Made by a program: the position numbers and the translations under genes. The notes under the pieces were generated by a model. It worked only from the letters and a program-made list of their open reading frames with translations, was not told the origin of the DNA and searched no databases. Shown here piece by piece: positions 42,364-52,342 of a stretch of DNA of 64,000 nt. Every line of letters starts with the position of its first letter. Position 1 is the first letter of the stretch. This DNA is from Cyanobacteriota bacterium (lineage in GTDB: Bacteria; Cyanobacteriota; Cyanobacteriia; PCC-6307; Cyanobiaceae). The stretch covers positions 28,039 to 92,038 of the forward strand of contig JBEGQC010000010.1 in assembly GCA_041181185.1 (NCBI GenBank). The letters run 5' to 3'.

Positions 42364-43494
42364 CTACCACGTGTGTGCCGCCGGAGACTGGGGCTGCCAG
42401 GGAGCGAAATCCTCTGAAAAACACCCCTCCCGAATGGCCCGGGCCATGGCGCTGGTGAACCGCAGCAGGGTGGTCAGGTTGTGGAGGCTCAGCAAGGTGC
42501 GGCCAAGCATCTCGTCGCAGCGCAGGAGGTGGTGCAGGTAGGCCCGGCTGTGTTGGCGGCAGGCCAAGCATGGGCAGCTTCCGTCTAGAGGGCTGTGGTC
42601 ATGGCGAAAGCGGGCATTGCGGATGTTCCAGCGCTCGCCGCCCACCAGGGCTGAGCCATGGCGCCCCAGGCGGGTGGGCAGCACGCAGTCGAAGACGTCA
42701 AAACCATGGGCCACCGCCACCGCCATCTCCCGGAGGGTGCCAACGCCCATCAGGTAGCGGGGGCGATCCTCTGGTAGCAGCGGCGCCACCAGGGCCACGA
42801 TGCGATGCATGTCCTCCACCGGTTCTCCCACGCTCACGCCCCCCACGGCGATGCCGGGCAGGTTCATCGAGGCCACCACCCGGGCCGATTCCTCGCGCAG
42901 GTGGGCGTAGCAGCCACCCTGCACGATGCCAAAAAGGGCCTGGGAGCCCCCTTGGTGATGGGCGATGCAACGCTCCAGCCAGAGGTGGGTGCGCCGACAG
43001 GCCTCGGCCACCAGGGGCTCCGATGCCGGATAAGGGGGGCATTGATCGAACGCCATGGCCACATCTGCCCCCAGATCCCGTTGGATCGCCATGCAGCGCT
43101 CTGGGGTGAGGAGGATGGGAGCGCCGTCCCGCGGCGAGCGGAAGGCCACCCCCTCGTCATCAATGCGGTTGATGGCCGCCAGGCTGAACACCTGGAACCC
43201 GCCGGAATCGGTCAAAAGCGGCCCTTGCCAGCCCATGAAGCGATGCAGCCCACCGGCCTCCGCCACCACGGCCTCTCCGGGCTGAAGGTGCAGATGGAAC
43301 GTGTTGGCCAGCACCATCTGCGCCCCCGTCTCCGCCAGTTGGGGGGTGCTGATCCCCTTGACGGTGGCGGCTGTGCCCACCGGCATGAAACGGGGCGTGT
43401 GCACGGCTCCGTGGGGTGTCTGCCAGTGGCCGCAACGGGCCTGGGTACGGGAGCACCGGGCCGTAACGGAGAAGGCGAATGCCTGAGCAGACAA
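42364..43494 (-). CDS. tgt: Queuine tRNA-ribosyltransferase (tRNA-guanine transglycosylase)
   Basis: [26 protein letters not shown]...[13 protein letters not shown]...[12 protein letters not shown]...LFGIVQGG...[14 protein letters not shown]...[17 protein letters not shown] shows the catalytic Asp region and the Zn-binding CxCxxC...H motif. Confidence 0.96.
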   Translation of the reverse strand: MSAQAFAFSVTARCSRTQARCGHWQTPHGAVHTPRFMPVGTAATVKGISTPQLAETGAQMVLANTFHLHLQPGEAVVAEAGGLHRFMGWQGPLLTDSGGFQVFSLAAINRIDDEGVAFRSPRDGAPILLTPERCMAIQRDLGADVAMAFDQCPPYPASEPLVAEACRRTHLWLERCIAHHQGGSQALFGIVQGGCYAHLREESARVVASMNLPGIAVGGVSVGEPVEDMHRIVALVAPLLPEDRPRYLMGVGTLREMAVAVAHGFDVFDCVLPTRLGRHGSALVGGERWNIRNARFRHDHSPLDGSCPCLACRQHSRAYLHHLLRCDEMLGRTLLSLHNLTTLLRFTSAMARAIREGCFSEDFAPWQPQSPAAHTW

Positions 43495-43522
43495 CGATCC
43501 TGGCCAAGAACTTTGACCCTAG

Positions 43523-44356
43523 GTGCAGCCCCCCCTTCACGGGCAAGCGCATGGCATGGTGGGCTTCATCTGCTCCCTTTTCACCACGCCACCCTTCCCA
43601 CCTCCCTGGCTGCAGGATCTGGCCGGGGCTTGGATCTTTTATTCCGTGTTGCCTGCCTGGCCGGGCATCCGCCCCCGGTTTGAGCGCATTGCTCGTTTTG
43701 CACCCTGGGTTGGCCTGGTGATCGGTGCCCTGCAGGCGTTGCTTTGGTGGGCCCTCCAGGGGCATGGGCCTCAGTTGGCCCAGGTGTGCCTGGTGTTGGC
43801 CGCTGGTTTGCTGCTCACCGGTGGGTTGCACATGGACGGGGCGATGGATACGGCCGATGGATTGGCTGCCGGCGAGCGGCTGCTCGAGGCCATGCAAGAC
43901 AGCCGGGTGGGGGCGAGCGGTGCCCAGGCCATGGTGGTGTTGCTTCTTCTCAAAGCTGGCGCTTTGGCCAGCCTGGACACGGCTGCGCCCCTGGCCCTGG
44001 TGTGGGCAGCCCTTTGGGGGCGGATGGCGCCCCTGTTGGCGGTGGCCTGGTTCCCTTACCTCCATCCCCGCGGATCGGCGGGTTTTCATCGCCAACATTG
44101 GGCCGGATTGCTCAAAGAAGCTCGTCCCGGCCTGCTGGCCGTGGGGGGACTGCTCTTGCTCTGCTGGGTCCGGGGCTGGCCCCCCATCGGACTGGCGGGT
44201 GCCCTGCCAGCGCTCTTGGTGCCCCGCTGGTTGGGGAGGCGGCTGGGCGGGCATAGCGGCGATAGCTATGGGGCCTGTGTGGAGTGGACAGAGATGTTGG
44301 CGTTGTTGCTCAGCGGCTTGACGCAGGCGGTGACTCTGGGCTGGCAGGCAGGCTGA
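43523..44356 (+). CDS. cobS: Adenosylcobinamide-GDP ribazoletransferase (cobalamin synthase)
   Basis: Polytopic membrane protein with LLTGGLHMDGAMDTADGL and GHSGDSYGA motifs. There is an alternative ATG start at 43556. Confidence 0.9.
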   Translation: MQPPLHGQAHGMVGFICSLFTTPPFPPPWLQDLAGAWIFYSVLPAWPGIRPRFERIARFAPWVGLVIGALQALLWWALQGHGPQLAQVCLVLAAGLLLTGGLHMDGAMDTADGLAAGERLLEAMQDSRVGASGAQAMVVLLLLKAGALASLDTAAPLALVWAALWGRMAPLLAVAWFPYLHPRGSAGFHRQHWAGLLKEARPGLLAVGGLLLLCWVRGWPPIGLAGALPALLVPRWLGRRLGGHSGDSYGACVEWTEMLALLLSGLTQAVTLGWQAG

Positions 44357-45515
44357 GGCGAAAGGCATTCCCCCGGCTGGGGAGCTCTGGATCCACCAGG
44401 GCCGGAGGAATCACCAGTTCCAGGTTTCCGCCCAGATGGCGGGCCAGATCCCGTGCCAGAGCCAGCCCCAGCCCCGTGCCTGGCTTGCCCTGGCTTTGCC
44501 GCCCGCGCACGCCGCGTTGAAAGATTCGTTCTTGCTCCTCCTCGGCGATGGGCATCCCCCCATCCCAGACGGTGAGGCAGGGACCAGCGGCCGTGGCGCT
44601 GCTGTGCAGGCCCACTGGGCTGCCGGGAGCGCTGTACTGAAAGGCATTCTCCAGCAGGTTTGCCAGGATTTCCGCTACCGCGCTGGCATCGCCTTGCCAG
44701 GGGGGGAGCGCAGTTGGGCCCAGCCACTGGCGCCCCTGCAGGGCGGCGGTGGCGGTGGCCCGTTGCAGGAGAGGGGCGACAAGATCAGGAAGGGGGGCTC
44801 CTTCCGGCCCCGATAGCAGCGGCGGCAGGAGGAGAGGGTCGGGGTGAGGGTCTGGCGGCAACAGGCCATCGGGCTGAGCCAGGGCACTGATGGCCTCCAC
44901 GTATTTATTGAGTTGCCTCTCCTCGGCGAGCAAACCCTCGACCAGGCTGCGGCTGTCGCTGTCGTCTTTCAGACGGCGCAGCAGCAAATGGCCGAAGGTG
45001 CGCAGGGCTGTCAGAGGGTTGCGGAGCTGATGCACCAGCAACCGGAGTTGCTCCTCCTGAGCCTCCACCCGACGCTGCAGGCGTTGTCGCTCCAGATCGA
45101 GACGGAGCGCTTCGGTGAGGCACACCGCCACACCCTGAAGACGCTGCTGCAGGACGGGAGACCAGGCTGCCCCACGGGTTTCCACCTGGAGCGCTCCGAG
45201 GAGGGCAGCCCCGTCGCGCAGGGGGAGCCAGCGCCGTTCTTCAGCTGGCACCCGCAGTTGACTGTCGGTTCCCACGGCAGCGAGCCGACGGGCATCTTCT
45301 GGCCATTGGCCGAGGGGGAGCAGGGTGGGGGTGTTGCCCTCGCCGGGATGGGTGACGTAGACGACCAGGGCTTCCACATCAGGGCAATCCACAAACTGCC
45401 CCAGTTGACTGTGCAGCAGGGTGAGAAATCTTTCAGAGACAGGAGTCACAGGGGCAGCGGCCCAAGGGAGGGGGCGAACTTCAAAAAACTTGACCTTGGA
45501 GGCTTTGAAAAGCAA
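44310..45515 (-). CDS. Sensor histidine kinase (GAF-like N-terminal domain, HisKA and HATPase_c)
   Basis: The H-box is LVHQLRNPLTALRTFGHLL. The N and G boxes are NLLENAFQYS, VWDGGMPI and GTGLGLALARDL. No TM segment is present, so it is probably cytoplasmic. The start is uncertain, and its 3' end overlaps the cobS 3' end by 47 nt (convergent). Confidence 0.85.
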   Translation of the reverse strand: MLFKASKVKFFEVRPLPWAAAPVTPVSERFLTLLHSQLGQFVDCPDVEALVVYVTHPGEGNTPTLLPLGQWPEDARRLAAVGTDSQLRVPAEERRWLPLRDGAALLGALQVETRGAAWSPVLQQRLQGVAVCLTEALRLDLERQRLQRRVEAQEEQLRLLVHQLRNPLTALRTFGHLLLRRLKDDSDSRSLVEGLLAEERQLNKYVEAISALAQPDGLLPPDPHPDPLLLPPLLSGPEGAPLPDLVAPLLQRATATAALQGRQWLGPTALPPWQGDASAVAEILANLLENAFQYSAPGSPVGLHSSATAAGPCLTVWDGGMPIAEEEQERIFQRGVRGRQSQGKPGTGLGLALARDLARHLGGNLELVIPPALVDPELPSRGNAFRLSLPASPESPPASSR

Positions 45516-45841
45516 AAAAAAGCTTTAGAGTTGATGTATCGACCACTACTTCCCAGTCCTCAGCCGGGAGGAGTTGTCCAGCCATCGCGCTTGAGGTTGC
45601 AATGCCCTTGCAATCCAGGCTACAGCAGAGACAGGTGCATGCCTCTGCTGTCCGAGTGGGCCACCGCCCCAGGTGAATGGCTGCGATCCTCCCCGATCGC
45701 TTCTTGGACGACAGAACGTAGGGCCGTGGGTCGCCGTGGCGACCCGGCAACGCAGTGGACGAGCCTGGGTTCGTCCGTCTGTCTGTCAGCCCTCCTCCTT
45801 ACCCCCTCTCTCTCTCCACTCCACCCCAGGAGTGTTCCTTC

Positions 45842-46213
45842 ATGTCCAAGAAGCGCAAGCGGATCAGCCGCCGTCGTCTCGCCGGTCAACGTGTGTTGGC
45901 CCACGTGCCCACCTTCAATCTGGAGACGGGCTCCCACAAACCCGTCACTGCTGCTCGCCGCTTCATCGCCGAGTCGGAGCTGCAGGCACCAGCGATTCTC
46001 AATGTGCGGCGGAATGAGCACACCACCGATCGCTTCTTCTGGGGTGAAAAGGGCCTCTTCAGTGCCCAGTACGCTGAAGAAAATCATTTCCTGTTCCCCT
46101 CGTTGCGTCTCATCGTGGACCGCATCGGTGAAGACGTGCTCTTCGAGGGCATCGAAGCACTCGCCGCCGATGACTGGGAGGAAGTGGAAGAGTACGAATA
46201 CGCCTTTGTTTGA
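45842..46213 (+). CDS. Conserved-looking hypothetical protein, 123 aa, with a strongly basic N-terminus and an acidic C-terminus
   Basis: ORF 45755..46213 trimmed to the ATG at 45842, which is preceded by AGGAG 9 nt upstream. It reads MSKKRKRISRRRLAGQRVLAHVPTFNLETGSHKPV...HTTDRFFWGEKGLFSAQYAEENHFLFPSLRLIVDRIGEDVLFEGIEALAADDWEEVEEYEYAFV. The composition is non-repetitive and protein-like. I cannot assign a family with confidence. Confidence 0.65.
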   Translation: MSKKRKRISRRRLAGQRVLAHVPTFNLETGSHKPVTAARRFIAESELQAPAILNVRRNEHTTDRFFWGEKGLFSAQYAEENHFLFPSLRLIVDRIGEDVLFEGIEALAADDWEEVEEYEYAFV

Positions 46214-46228
46214 TTGAGTCTTCGGGGC

Positions 46229-46885
46229 CTAACCCTGCCAGGCGCGGAATAAAAAGTCCCCCATGGCAGGGAACAGCCCGGGCTCGATGCCGTGGCCCCC
46301 TGAAAAGACCAGCCGCTGCACGGATCCACCACTCGCCTTGAGGCGCTGCTCTAGTTCTTCACTGGCTGCGAATGGCACCACCGGGTCTTGGGTTCCGTGG
46401 GTCAGGAGGATCGGCATCAGGGGCCGCAGGGGCTCCCAACCCGGATGGGGATAGCCACTGCAGCTGATCAGGCCGGCCAGGGGCAACTCGCCTCCAATGG
46501 CTACATCCACAGCCATGGCTGCTCCCTGGGAGAAGCCCAGCAGGGCTGTGCGCTCCAAAGGCACGCTGCGAGCCAGAGCGTGCAGGCGCTCGAGGAGGTC
46601 GGCTCTTGCCGCGGGCAGCTGGGGCCACTCCGGCATGCCCAGGTCGTACCACTGTCGGCCGATTCCGCCCGGGTGCGGCAGAGGCGCACGCAGGGCGACC
46701 ACACTCACCTCTGCCGCCTCTGGCCCCAGCAGAGCGCTACCCAGATCGAGCAGATCATCGGCATCTGCTCCCCAGCCATGGAGGAGCACCAGCCGACGAT
46801 CCGCCTGCTCGGGCCCAAGCATCAGCGCTGTCCCCGCAGCCATGTCGTCACTGGGGCCGGGGGGAGTGGGGATCATGGGAGGCAT
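46229..46885 (-). CDS. Alpha/beta hydrolase (phospholipase/carboxylesterase family)
   Basis: RLVLLHGWGADADDLLDLG...TALLGFSQGAAMAVD (GxSxG nucleophile elbow) ...LLTHGTQDPVVP...GGHGI. The start is taken as ATG 46885 within ORF 46229..46960 and is uncertain. Confidence 0.82.
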   Translation of the reverse strand: MPPMIPTPPGPSDDMAAGTALMLGPEQADRRLVLLHGWGADADDLLDLGSALLGPEAAEVSVVALRAPLPHPGGIGRQWYDLGMPEWPQLPAARADLLERLHALARSVPLERTALLGFSQGAAMAVDVAIGGELPLAGLISCSGYPHPGWEPLRPLMPILLTHGTQDPVVPFAASEELEQRLKASGGSVQRLVFSGGHGIEPGLFPAMGDFLFRAWQG

Positions 46886-47145
46886 GCTGTGCGAGGGATG
46901 GGCAGGGACCACGTGTCGAACGATTGGGCAAGGCCTGGCTGTCTCTCCATCTCCCACCAAGGGGAGACCGTTGATCGGCTCGAAGGCTCCTGAACAAGGT
47001 CTCCCAATGTGTTGGGCAAGCGTCCATGCACGGGTTCACCATTCTGGCCCTTGTGCCCATTCGCCCATCCCAACTTCGGTTTGCCGCAGGGATGAGCCAG
47101 TGCTGCGCCGCTGTCTAGGTTGGCGCTACAGCTTTCCCTCGCTTC

Positions 47146-48735
47146 ATGGCTCCCACCGCTCTCCTCAGTGTGTCGGACAAAGCGGGATTGGTGCCATTGG
47201 CCCAGGGGTTGCTTGCCCAGGGCTATCTCCTGATCTCCAGCGGCGGCACGGCCGCTGCGCTGGCCGCCGCCCATCTGCCGGTCACCCGGGTGGCTGAGAT
47301 CACCGGCGCCCCAGAAATCCTGGGGGGCCGGGTGAAGACCCTCCATCCCCGCATTCATGGCGGCATCCTTGCCAAACGGGATGACCCAGCCCACCAACAG
47401 GATCTGGAAGCCCAGGGCATTCAACCCATCGATGTGGTGGTTGTGAATCTCTATCCCTTTGTGCGCACCGTCTCCCAACCTGGCGTCGGCTGGGAGGAGG
47501 CGGTTGAGCAGATCGACATTGGCGGGCCCGCCATGGTGCGAGCAGCGGCGAAAAATCATGCTCATGTGGCCGTTCTCACCGACCCTGATCAGTACCCAGC
47601 CTTCCTGGAGGCCCTCAAAGCTGGACAGGTGGACGGGGCCCTGAGGCGGCGGCTAGCCCTCGAAGCCTTCCGCCACACAGCTGCCTACGACACGGCGATC
47701 AGTGGTTGGTGGGCGGAGAGGCTGTCCGAAGAGGGGGGAGGCGCTGTGGTGGATCAACCAGGGAACCAGTCCCCGTTGTCGCTGCACCTTCCAGTCGTAC
47801 AGGGGCTGCGCTACGGGGAAAATCCCCACCAGCGCGCCACTTGGTATGGCTCGACATCCGAGGGCTGGGGCGCAGCGCACCAACTCCAGGGCAAGGAGCT
47901 CAGCTTCAACAACCTGATGGATCTCGAGGCGGCTCTGGCCACCGTTCGGGAGTTTGGCTATGGCGAGCCGGGCGGCGGCCAGCCAAGCTCGACCGCCGCC
48001 GCGGTTGTGGTCAAACACACCAACCCCTGCGGGGTGGCCGCAGCGGCCAGCGCCGCGGAGGCGATTGAACGCGCGCTTGAGGCTGACAAGCTGTCAGCCT
48101 TTGGCGGCATCGTGGCCGTCAATCGGCCTGTGGATGCCAGCTGTGCGCAGCTCCTCACGAGCCTCTTCCTGGAGTGCGTGGTGGCACCCGCCTTCAGCGA
48201 GGAGGCCAGCCATCTGCTCTCGGCCAAAGCCAACCTGCGGGTGCTTCAGTTGCCGGGAGAGGCGGTGGAGCAGGCTTCCCGCTTGCAGATCCGCTCCCTC
48301 CTGGGCGGTGTGCTGGCGCAGGAGCCCGATGATCAGCCCATCGCCCCAGAGACCTGGCAGGTGGTGAGCCAGCGGAGACCAACCGAGCAGGAGGGGCTGG
48401 ATCTGGCCTTCGCCTGGCGTGTGGTGCGCCATGTGCGTTCCAACGCCATCGTAGTGGCCTCTCAAGGGCAAACCCTGGGCATCGGTGGAGGGCAGACCAA
48501 TCGGGTGGGTGCCGCCCAGATCGCCCTGCAGGCAGCTGGGGCAAAGGCGCAGGGAGCGGTCTTGGCCAGCGATGGCTTTTTCCCTTTTGACGACACCGTT
48601 CGCCTGGCCGCTGAGCATGGCATCCGCGCCGTGATCCAGCCCGGCGGCAGCCTGCGAGATGGAGACAGCATTGCCGCCTGCGACGCCCTCGGCATGGCCA
48701 TGCTCACCACAGGCCGCCGCCATTTTCTGCACTGA
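47146..48735 (+). CDS. purH: Bifunctional AICAR formyltransferase / IMP cyclohydrolase
   Basis: [22 protein letters not shown]...SSGGTA...[13 protein letters not shown]...VVVNLYPF...[16 protein letters not shown]...VVKHTNPCG...GGGQTNRV...RHFLH. Confidence 0.97.
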   Translation: MAPTALLSVSDKAGLVPLAQGLLAQGYLLISSGGTAAALAAAHLPVTRVAEITGAPEILGGRVKTLHPRIHGGILAKRDDPAHQQDLEAQGIQPIDVVVVNLYPFVRTVSQPGVGWEEAVEQIDIGGPAMVRAAAKNHAHVAVLTDPDQYPAFLEALKAGQVDGALRRRLALEAFRHTAAYDTAISGWWAERLSEEGGGAVVDQPGNQSPLSLHLPVVQGLRYGENPHQRATWYGSTSEGWGAAHQLQGKELSFNNLMDLEAALATVREFGYGEPGGGQPSSTAAAVVVKHTNPCGVAAAASAAEAIERALEADKLSAFGGIVAVNRPVDASCAQLLTSLFLECVVAPAFSEEASHLLSAKANLRVLQLPGEAVEQASRLQIRSLLGGVLAQEPDDQPIAPETWQVVSQRRPTEQEGLDLAFAWRVVRHVRSNAIVVASQGQTLGIGGGQTNRVGAAQIALQAAGAKAQGAVLASDGFFPFDDTVRLAAEHGIRAVIQPGGSLRDGDSIAACDALGMAMLTTGRRHFLH

Positions 48736-48787
48736 TCCCGGCGGTCATGGCCAGATGTAGCTTCGCCTTCATCCGAGCAGCCTTGCC

Positions 48788-49258
48788 ATGAGCGATCTGA
48801 TTCCACCCTCGCTGGCCCACAACCTCAATTTTTTGCACCCCGTGCTGATGTGGGTGCTTTTTGGGCTGGCTGCCTACTCCATGGTGCTGGGTCTCAAAGC
48901 GAAGAAGACCCGCACGGCTGATGCGGAGGAGCGCAAGCAGCTGGTCAAGGGGCAATTTGCTCGTCGCCACTACCTTCTCGGGAGTCTGTTGCTCGCTTTG
49001 ATGGTGCTCGGCACCGTTGGGGGAATGGCGGTGACTTACCTCAACAACGGCAAGCTCTTTGTTGGTCCCCACCTGTTGGTGGGTCTGGCCATGACCTCCC
49101 TGATTGCGATGGCCGCCGCGCTCTCCCCCTTGATGCAGCAGGGCAACCTGGTGGCTCGCAAGGTGCATGTGGGCCTGAACATGGCCTTGATGACCCTCTT
49201 TCTTTGGCAGGCTGTGACCGGCATGCAGATTGTGAACAAGATCCTCACCAGCTCCTAG
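48788..49258 (+). CDS. DUF4079-family membrane protein
   Basis: 156 aa with four hydrophobic helices. FLHPVLMWVLFGLAAYSMVLGLKAKKTR...VGPHLLVGLAMTSL...KVHVGLNMALMTLFLWQAVTGMQIV matches my memory of the DUF4079 layout. Not verified by search. Confidence 0.7.
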   Translation: MSDLIPPSLAHNLNFLHPVLMWVLFGLAAYSMVLGLKAKKTRTADAEERKQLVKGQFARRHYLLGSLLLALMVLGTVGGMAVTYLNNGKLFVGPHLLVGLAMTSLIAMAAALSPLMQQGNLVARKVHVGLNMALMTLFLWQAVTGMQIVNKILTSS

Positions 49259-49314
49259 GCCAAGCTCTCAGGAGGAGTTCCTTGGCAGACCGGACCCGGT
49301 TCAGGCTGGGTCCC

Positions 49315-50100
49315 TCAAAACTGGGCGCGACGCCTGGGCGGGCAAGGAATGCCATGGCGGGCGTGAAAATCCTCTTGAACCTTCCAGGTGAGGCGGCGTG
49401 AAATCTGCCTCACAATCTGCCGAAGCAGATGGTCTCCACTGCTTTGCAAGAGTCCATCGGGAAGGAGGGCCAACATCGAGGGCAAGCGGATCCAGACGTC
49501 TAGATCGAGCTGCCAGCGCACCAGGGTGTGGGCCATGAGCCGGTCCACATCCTCATGCGACAGCTCATGAGACCGTTCCGGCCCAGCTTCATCCAGCCTG
49601 AGTGAGGCGTTGAAGTCCACATCGTAAACCCCGATGAGTGCAGGGTCGATCGAGGTCTGAGGCACCGTGATGATCGAGTAGACCCCGTTGTCCCCCGGGA
49701 GCAGTTCCAGCCCAATTGTGGGCTCAACTTCGAAACCAAAGTTGCCAAAACGCCCCAGGCTGAGGACATAACCCCTCTCCCCCAGAGGGGTGACGTCCAT
49801 CGGTCTGGCGCAGCTCTGAAACCACAGCTGGTGCTCATCCAGGTATCCCCCCACCACAGCAGCTGGGGCCCGCATCTCCATCAGATCGGAAAAGGCGCTG
49901 GCGTAGCGGAACACCTGTTTGTCGCTGCCGAAGGCGTGTCTGAGACCCTCTTTCTCCTCTCCCCGTCTTTGTGCATGGGCGTGGCGGGGCGTTGGGGCCT
50001 CCTGGCCAGACGAGAGGGCTGCAGGGTTCTGCACCCCGGGGCGGTCGGGCTCGGCAGGGCTGTCGATCGTTGGAGTGGACACCAGAAAGGGCGAGGGCAA
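49315..50100 (-). CDS. DUF1997-like protein (second paralogue in this window), with a Pro-rich, low-complexity N-terminal extension
   Basis: FRYASAFSDLMEMRAPAAVVGGYLDEHQLWFQSCARPMDVTPLGERGYVLSLGRFGNFGFEVEPTIGLELLP...LLQSSGDHLLRQIVRQISRRLTWKVQEDF. The pattern parallels the protein at 23870..24415. The assignment is tentative. Confidence 0.6.
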   Translation of the reverse strand: MPSPFLVSTPTIDSPAEPDRPGVQNPAALSSGQEAPTPRHAHAQRRGEEKEGLRHAFGSDKQVFRYASAFSDLMEMRAPAAVVGGYLDEHQLWFQSCARPMDVTPLGERGYVLSLGRFGNFGFEVEPTIGLELLPGDNGVYSIITVPQTSIDPALIGVYDVDFNASLRLDEAGPERSHELSHEDVDRLMAHTLVRWQLDLDVWIRLPSMLALLPDGLLQSSGDHLLRQIVRQISRRLTWKVQEDFHARHGIPCPPRRRAQF

Positions 50101-50235
50101 CGGGGCTCCTTGAGGGGTGTGGGCTTGAGGGCCGTAGGCAGGACCAGGGAATCCGGGGTTGGGACCTTAGGACTTCTCGCGAACCTTTCGGAAATGTAAA
50201 GCCAGGTCGGTGGACTGGATCCCCCTGCCCAGAGC

Positions 50236-51456
50236 TCAATCTTTGCTGAGTTGGATCAAACGTTGAATCACATCCTCCACAACTCGGTCTGGGGTGGAAG
50301 CACCGGAGGTGATGCCGACGCGGATGGGGCCCACCGGCAGGAACGGCTCTTCCATCGTCAGATCGCCCCCCAAGGGCTTGTGAAGGATCTGATTCCCAGG
50401 GCCGATCCGCTCGGGCGTGTCGATGTGGAAGGAGCGAATGCCACGACTGATGGCAATTTCTTGCAGGTGTGTGGTGTTGGATGAGTTGTAACCACCGATG
50501 ACCACAATCAGATCAAGGGGTTCGTCCACCAGGGAAAACATGGCGTCTTGGCGTTCCTGGGTGGCGTCACAGATGGTGTTAAAGGCAACAAAATGATCGT
50601 TGAGGCTGGTCGGTCCATATCTCTGCAGCATGGTGCGCTCAAATAGCCTGCCAATCTCTTCGGTTTCCCTTTTCAGCATCGTGGTTTGATTGGCGACGCC
50701 CACCCGTTGGAGATCGCGGTCGGGATTGAAATCAGGCGAGCAGGCCTTGGCGAAACGTGCCATGAAGGCCTGTCGTTGCTCAGGGGAGGGGGTGCCTCCA
50801 GCGGCGCTAGCCAGGATGTAGTCGCAAACCACCTGGGCCTCCGCCAGGTCTAAAACCACTAGATACGTTCCGGCAAAAGAACTGGTGGCAAGGGTTTCTT
50901 CATGCTTCACCTTGCCATGAATGATCGATGTGATGGCATGCTTTTTGTGCTTTTCCACTGTGGTCCACACTTTGGACACCCAGGGACAGGTGGTGTCGAC
51001 AATATGACACCCCCTCTCATTGAGGAGCTGCATTTCTTGCACGGTGGCTCCAAAAGCAGGAAGAATCACCACGTCTCCTGAGGCCACATCCGAAAAATCT
51101 TTCACCCCCTCCTCGACGGGGATGAAACAGACATTCATCTCGCGCAAATGAAGATTGACGGAAGGATTGTGGATGATTTCATTGGTGATCCAGATGCGTT
51201 CCTGAGGGTAAAAACGCCTGGTTTCATAGGCCATTGCCACCGCTCGCTCCACTCCCCAGCAAAAGCCAAAGGCCTCGGCCAGCCTGACCGTCAACCGTCC
51301 TTCCCTCAACATGTATCCGTTCTCGCGAAGGCTGGCGATCAGATCACTCTGGTAGGCCGTTTGCAAATTGCCGGCCACCTCTTGACCCAAGCCAAACCCG
51401 CGGCGGTTGTAGCGCTCCGAATGATGGAGGGCACGCTTGAAAGCGTGGGTATCCAT
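50236..51456 (-). CDS. ispH: 4-hydroxy-3-methylbut-2-enyl diphosphate reductase
   Basis: ORF 50236..51549 trimmed to the ATG at 51456. It reads [22 protein letters not shown]... (the cyanobacterial/plant N-terminal extension), then [12 protein letters not shown]...NEIIHNP...[11 protein letters not shown]...[13 protein letters not shown]...[13 protein letters not shown], with the three cluster-binding Cys. Confidence 0.95.
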   Translation of the reverse strand: MDTHAFKRALHHSERYNRRGFGLGQEVAGNLQTAYQSDLIASLRENGYMLREGRLTVRLAEAFGFCWGVERAVAMAYETRRFYPQERIWITNEIIHNPSVNLHLREMNVCFIPVEEGVKDFSDVASGDVVILPAFGATVQEMQLLNERGCHIVDTTCPWVSKVWTTVEKHKKHAITSIIHGKVKHEETLATSSFAGTYLVVLDLAEAQVVCDYILASAAGGTPSPEQRQAFMARFAKACSPDFNPDRDLQRVGVANQTTMLKRETEEIGRLFERTMLQRYGPTSLNDHFVAFNTICDATQERQDAMFSLVDEPLDLIVVIGGYNSSNTTHLQEIAISRGIRSFHIDTPERIGPGNQILHKPLGGDLTMEEPFLPVGPIRVGITSGASTPDRVVEDVIQRLIQLSKD

Positions 51457-51482
51457 AGGAGTCACGGCAAACCTGCCAGACT

Positions 51483-52292
51483 CTATGGGATGTGCCCTGG
51501 CTGGTGGGGCAGCACGGGAGCCACGCCCTCCCAAAGCACGGCATCGCACTCAAAGCGATAGCGGCAGGGCACTACCTCCACCCCTGCGGCCAAAGCCTCC
51601 CGAAACAGGACGCCGTAGCGGGCATCTGCGCTGTCGCCAGGGGCGAAGCGGTGCACGTCTGCGCGGCTGAGGCAGGGCACCAGCACAGCCCGGGCCTCTG
51701 GCACCACCCCCATGAGCTCAACAAGATGCTTCTGCCCTCGCTCGCTCACCGTGTCGGGGAACAGGCCCACGTCCTCCTGGCACCAGGTGGTGTTCTTCAC
51801 CTCTAAGTAAATCAGCCGTTGATCGTCTCCTTCGCGGCTGGGCTGCAGCAACAGATCAATGCGGCTCCGGTTGCCTTGTCCATAGGGCACCTCAGCCCGC
51901 ACAGCACCTATAGGACCGAGCCAAGGCTCTAGGTAGCCCTTCTCGATGGTCAAACGCACCAGGCGGTTCGGCAGGGCTGTGTTCACCCCCACCCACACCG
52001 GTTGTCCATCCACCCCGGGCACTTCCGCTTGTTCCCAGGTCCAGTCGAGTTTGCGGGTGGGAGCTGGGGCATGTCGCAGACGCACCCGGCCTCCAGGGAG
52101 CAACACACCGGTCATCGGGCCAGTGTTGGGACAATGGACGGTGACCAGCTCCCCTCCCGCCAGCTCCACGTCCGCCAGGAACCGCTTGTAACGCCTGCGC
52201 AGCACCCCCTCGACCAGCGGTTCCTCCAGCTGCAACACAGGCCGCCTCTCGCACGCACCGCCGGAGGTGGGTTGGGCACATGGGGAGGGCAT
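51483..52292 (-). CDS. sfsA: Sugar fermentation stimulation protein homologue (SfsA nuclease-like)
   Basis: [37 protein letters not shown]...RIDLLL...[10 protein letters not shown]...[13 protein letters not shown]. The start is uncertain; ATG 52292 was chosen within ORF 51483..52379. Confidence 0.85.
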   Translation of the reverse strand: MPSPCAQPTSGGACERRPVLQLEEPLVEGVLRRRYKRFLADVELAGGELVTVHCPNTGPMTGVLLPGGRVRLRHAPAPTRKLDWTWEQAEVPGVDGQPVWVGVNTALPNRLVRLTIEKGYLEPWLGPIGAVRAEVPYGQGNRSRIDLLLQPSREGDDQRLIYLEVKNTTWCQEDVGLFPDTVSERGQKHLVELMGVVPEARAVLVPCLSRADVHRFAPGDSADARYGVLFREALAAGVEVVPCRYRFECDAVLWEGVAPVLPHQPGHIP

Positions 52293-52342
52293 GGGCGAGG
52301 GTGCCTGGGGATCGTGGAGGCGGGCCGCCATACTGCCGTGCG

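Noticed and set aside
43160-44368. Minus-strand ORF of 402 aa
   Set aside because: It is antisense to cobS and overlaps the tgt 5' region. I see no motifs, and cobS on the plus strand has its diagnostic motifs.
45516-45841. Cobalamin riboswitch, glutamine (glnA-type) riboswitch, SRP RNA, 6S RNA or tmRNA identity for the structured spacer. The GGAA-loop hairpin at about 27200 was also considered as a possible SRP RNA.
   Set aside because: I could not find the B12 box, the conserved GGACGGAAGUAGG-type glutamine motif, the SRP domain IV consensus (CCGGAAGGAAGCAGC) or a tmRNA tag frame by eye. The spacer is kept only as an unclassified structured region. An Infernal/Rfam scan would be decisive.
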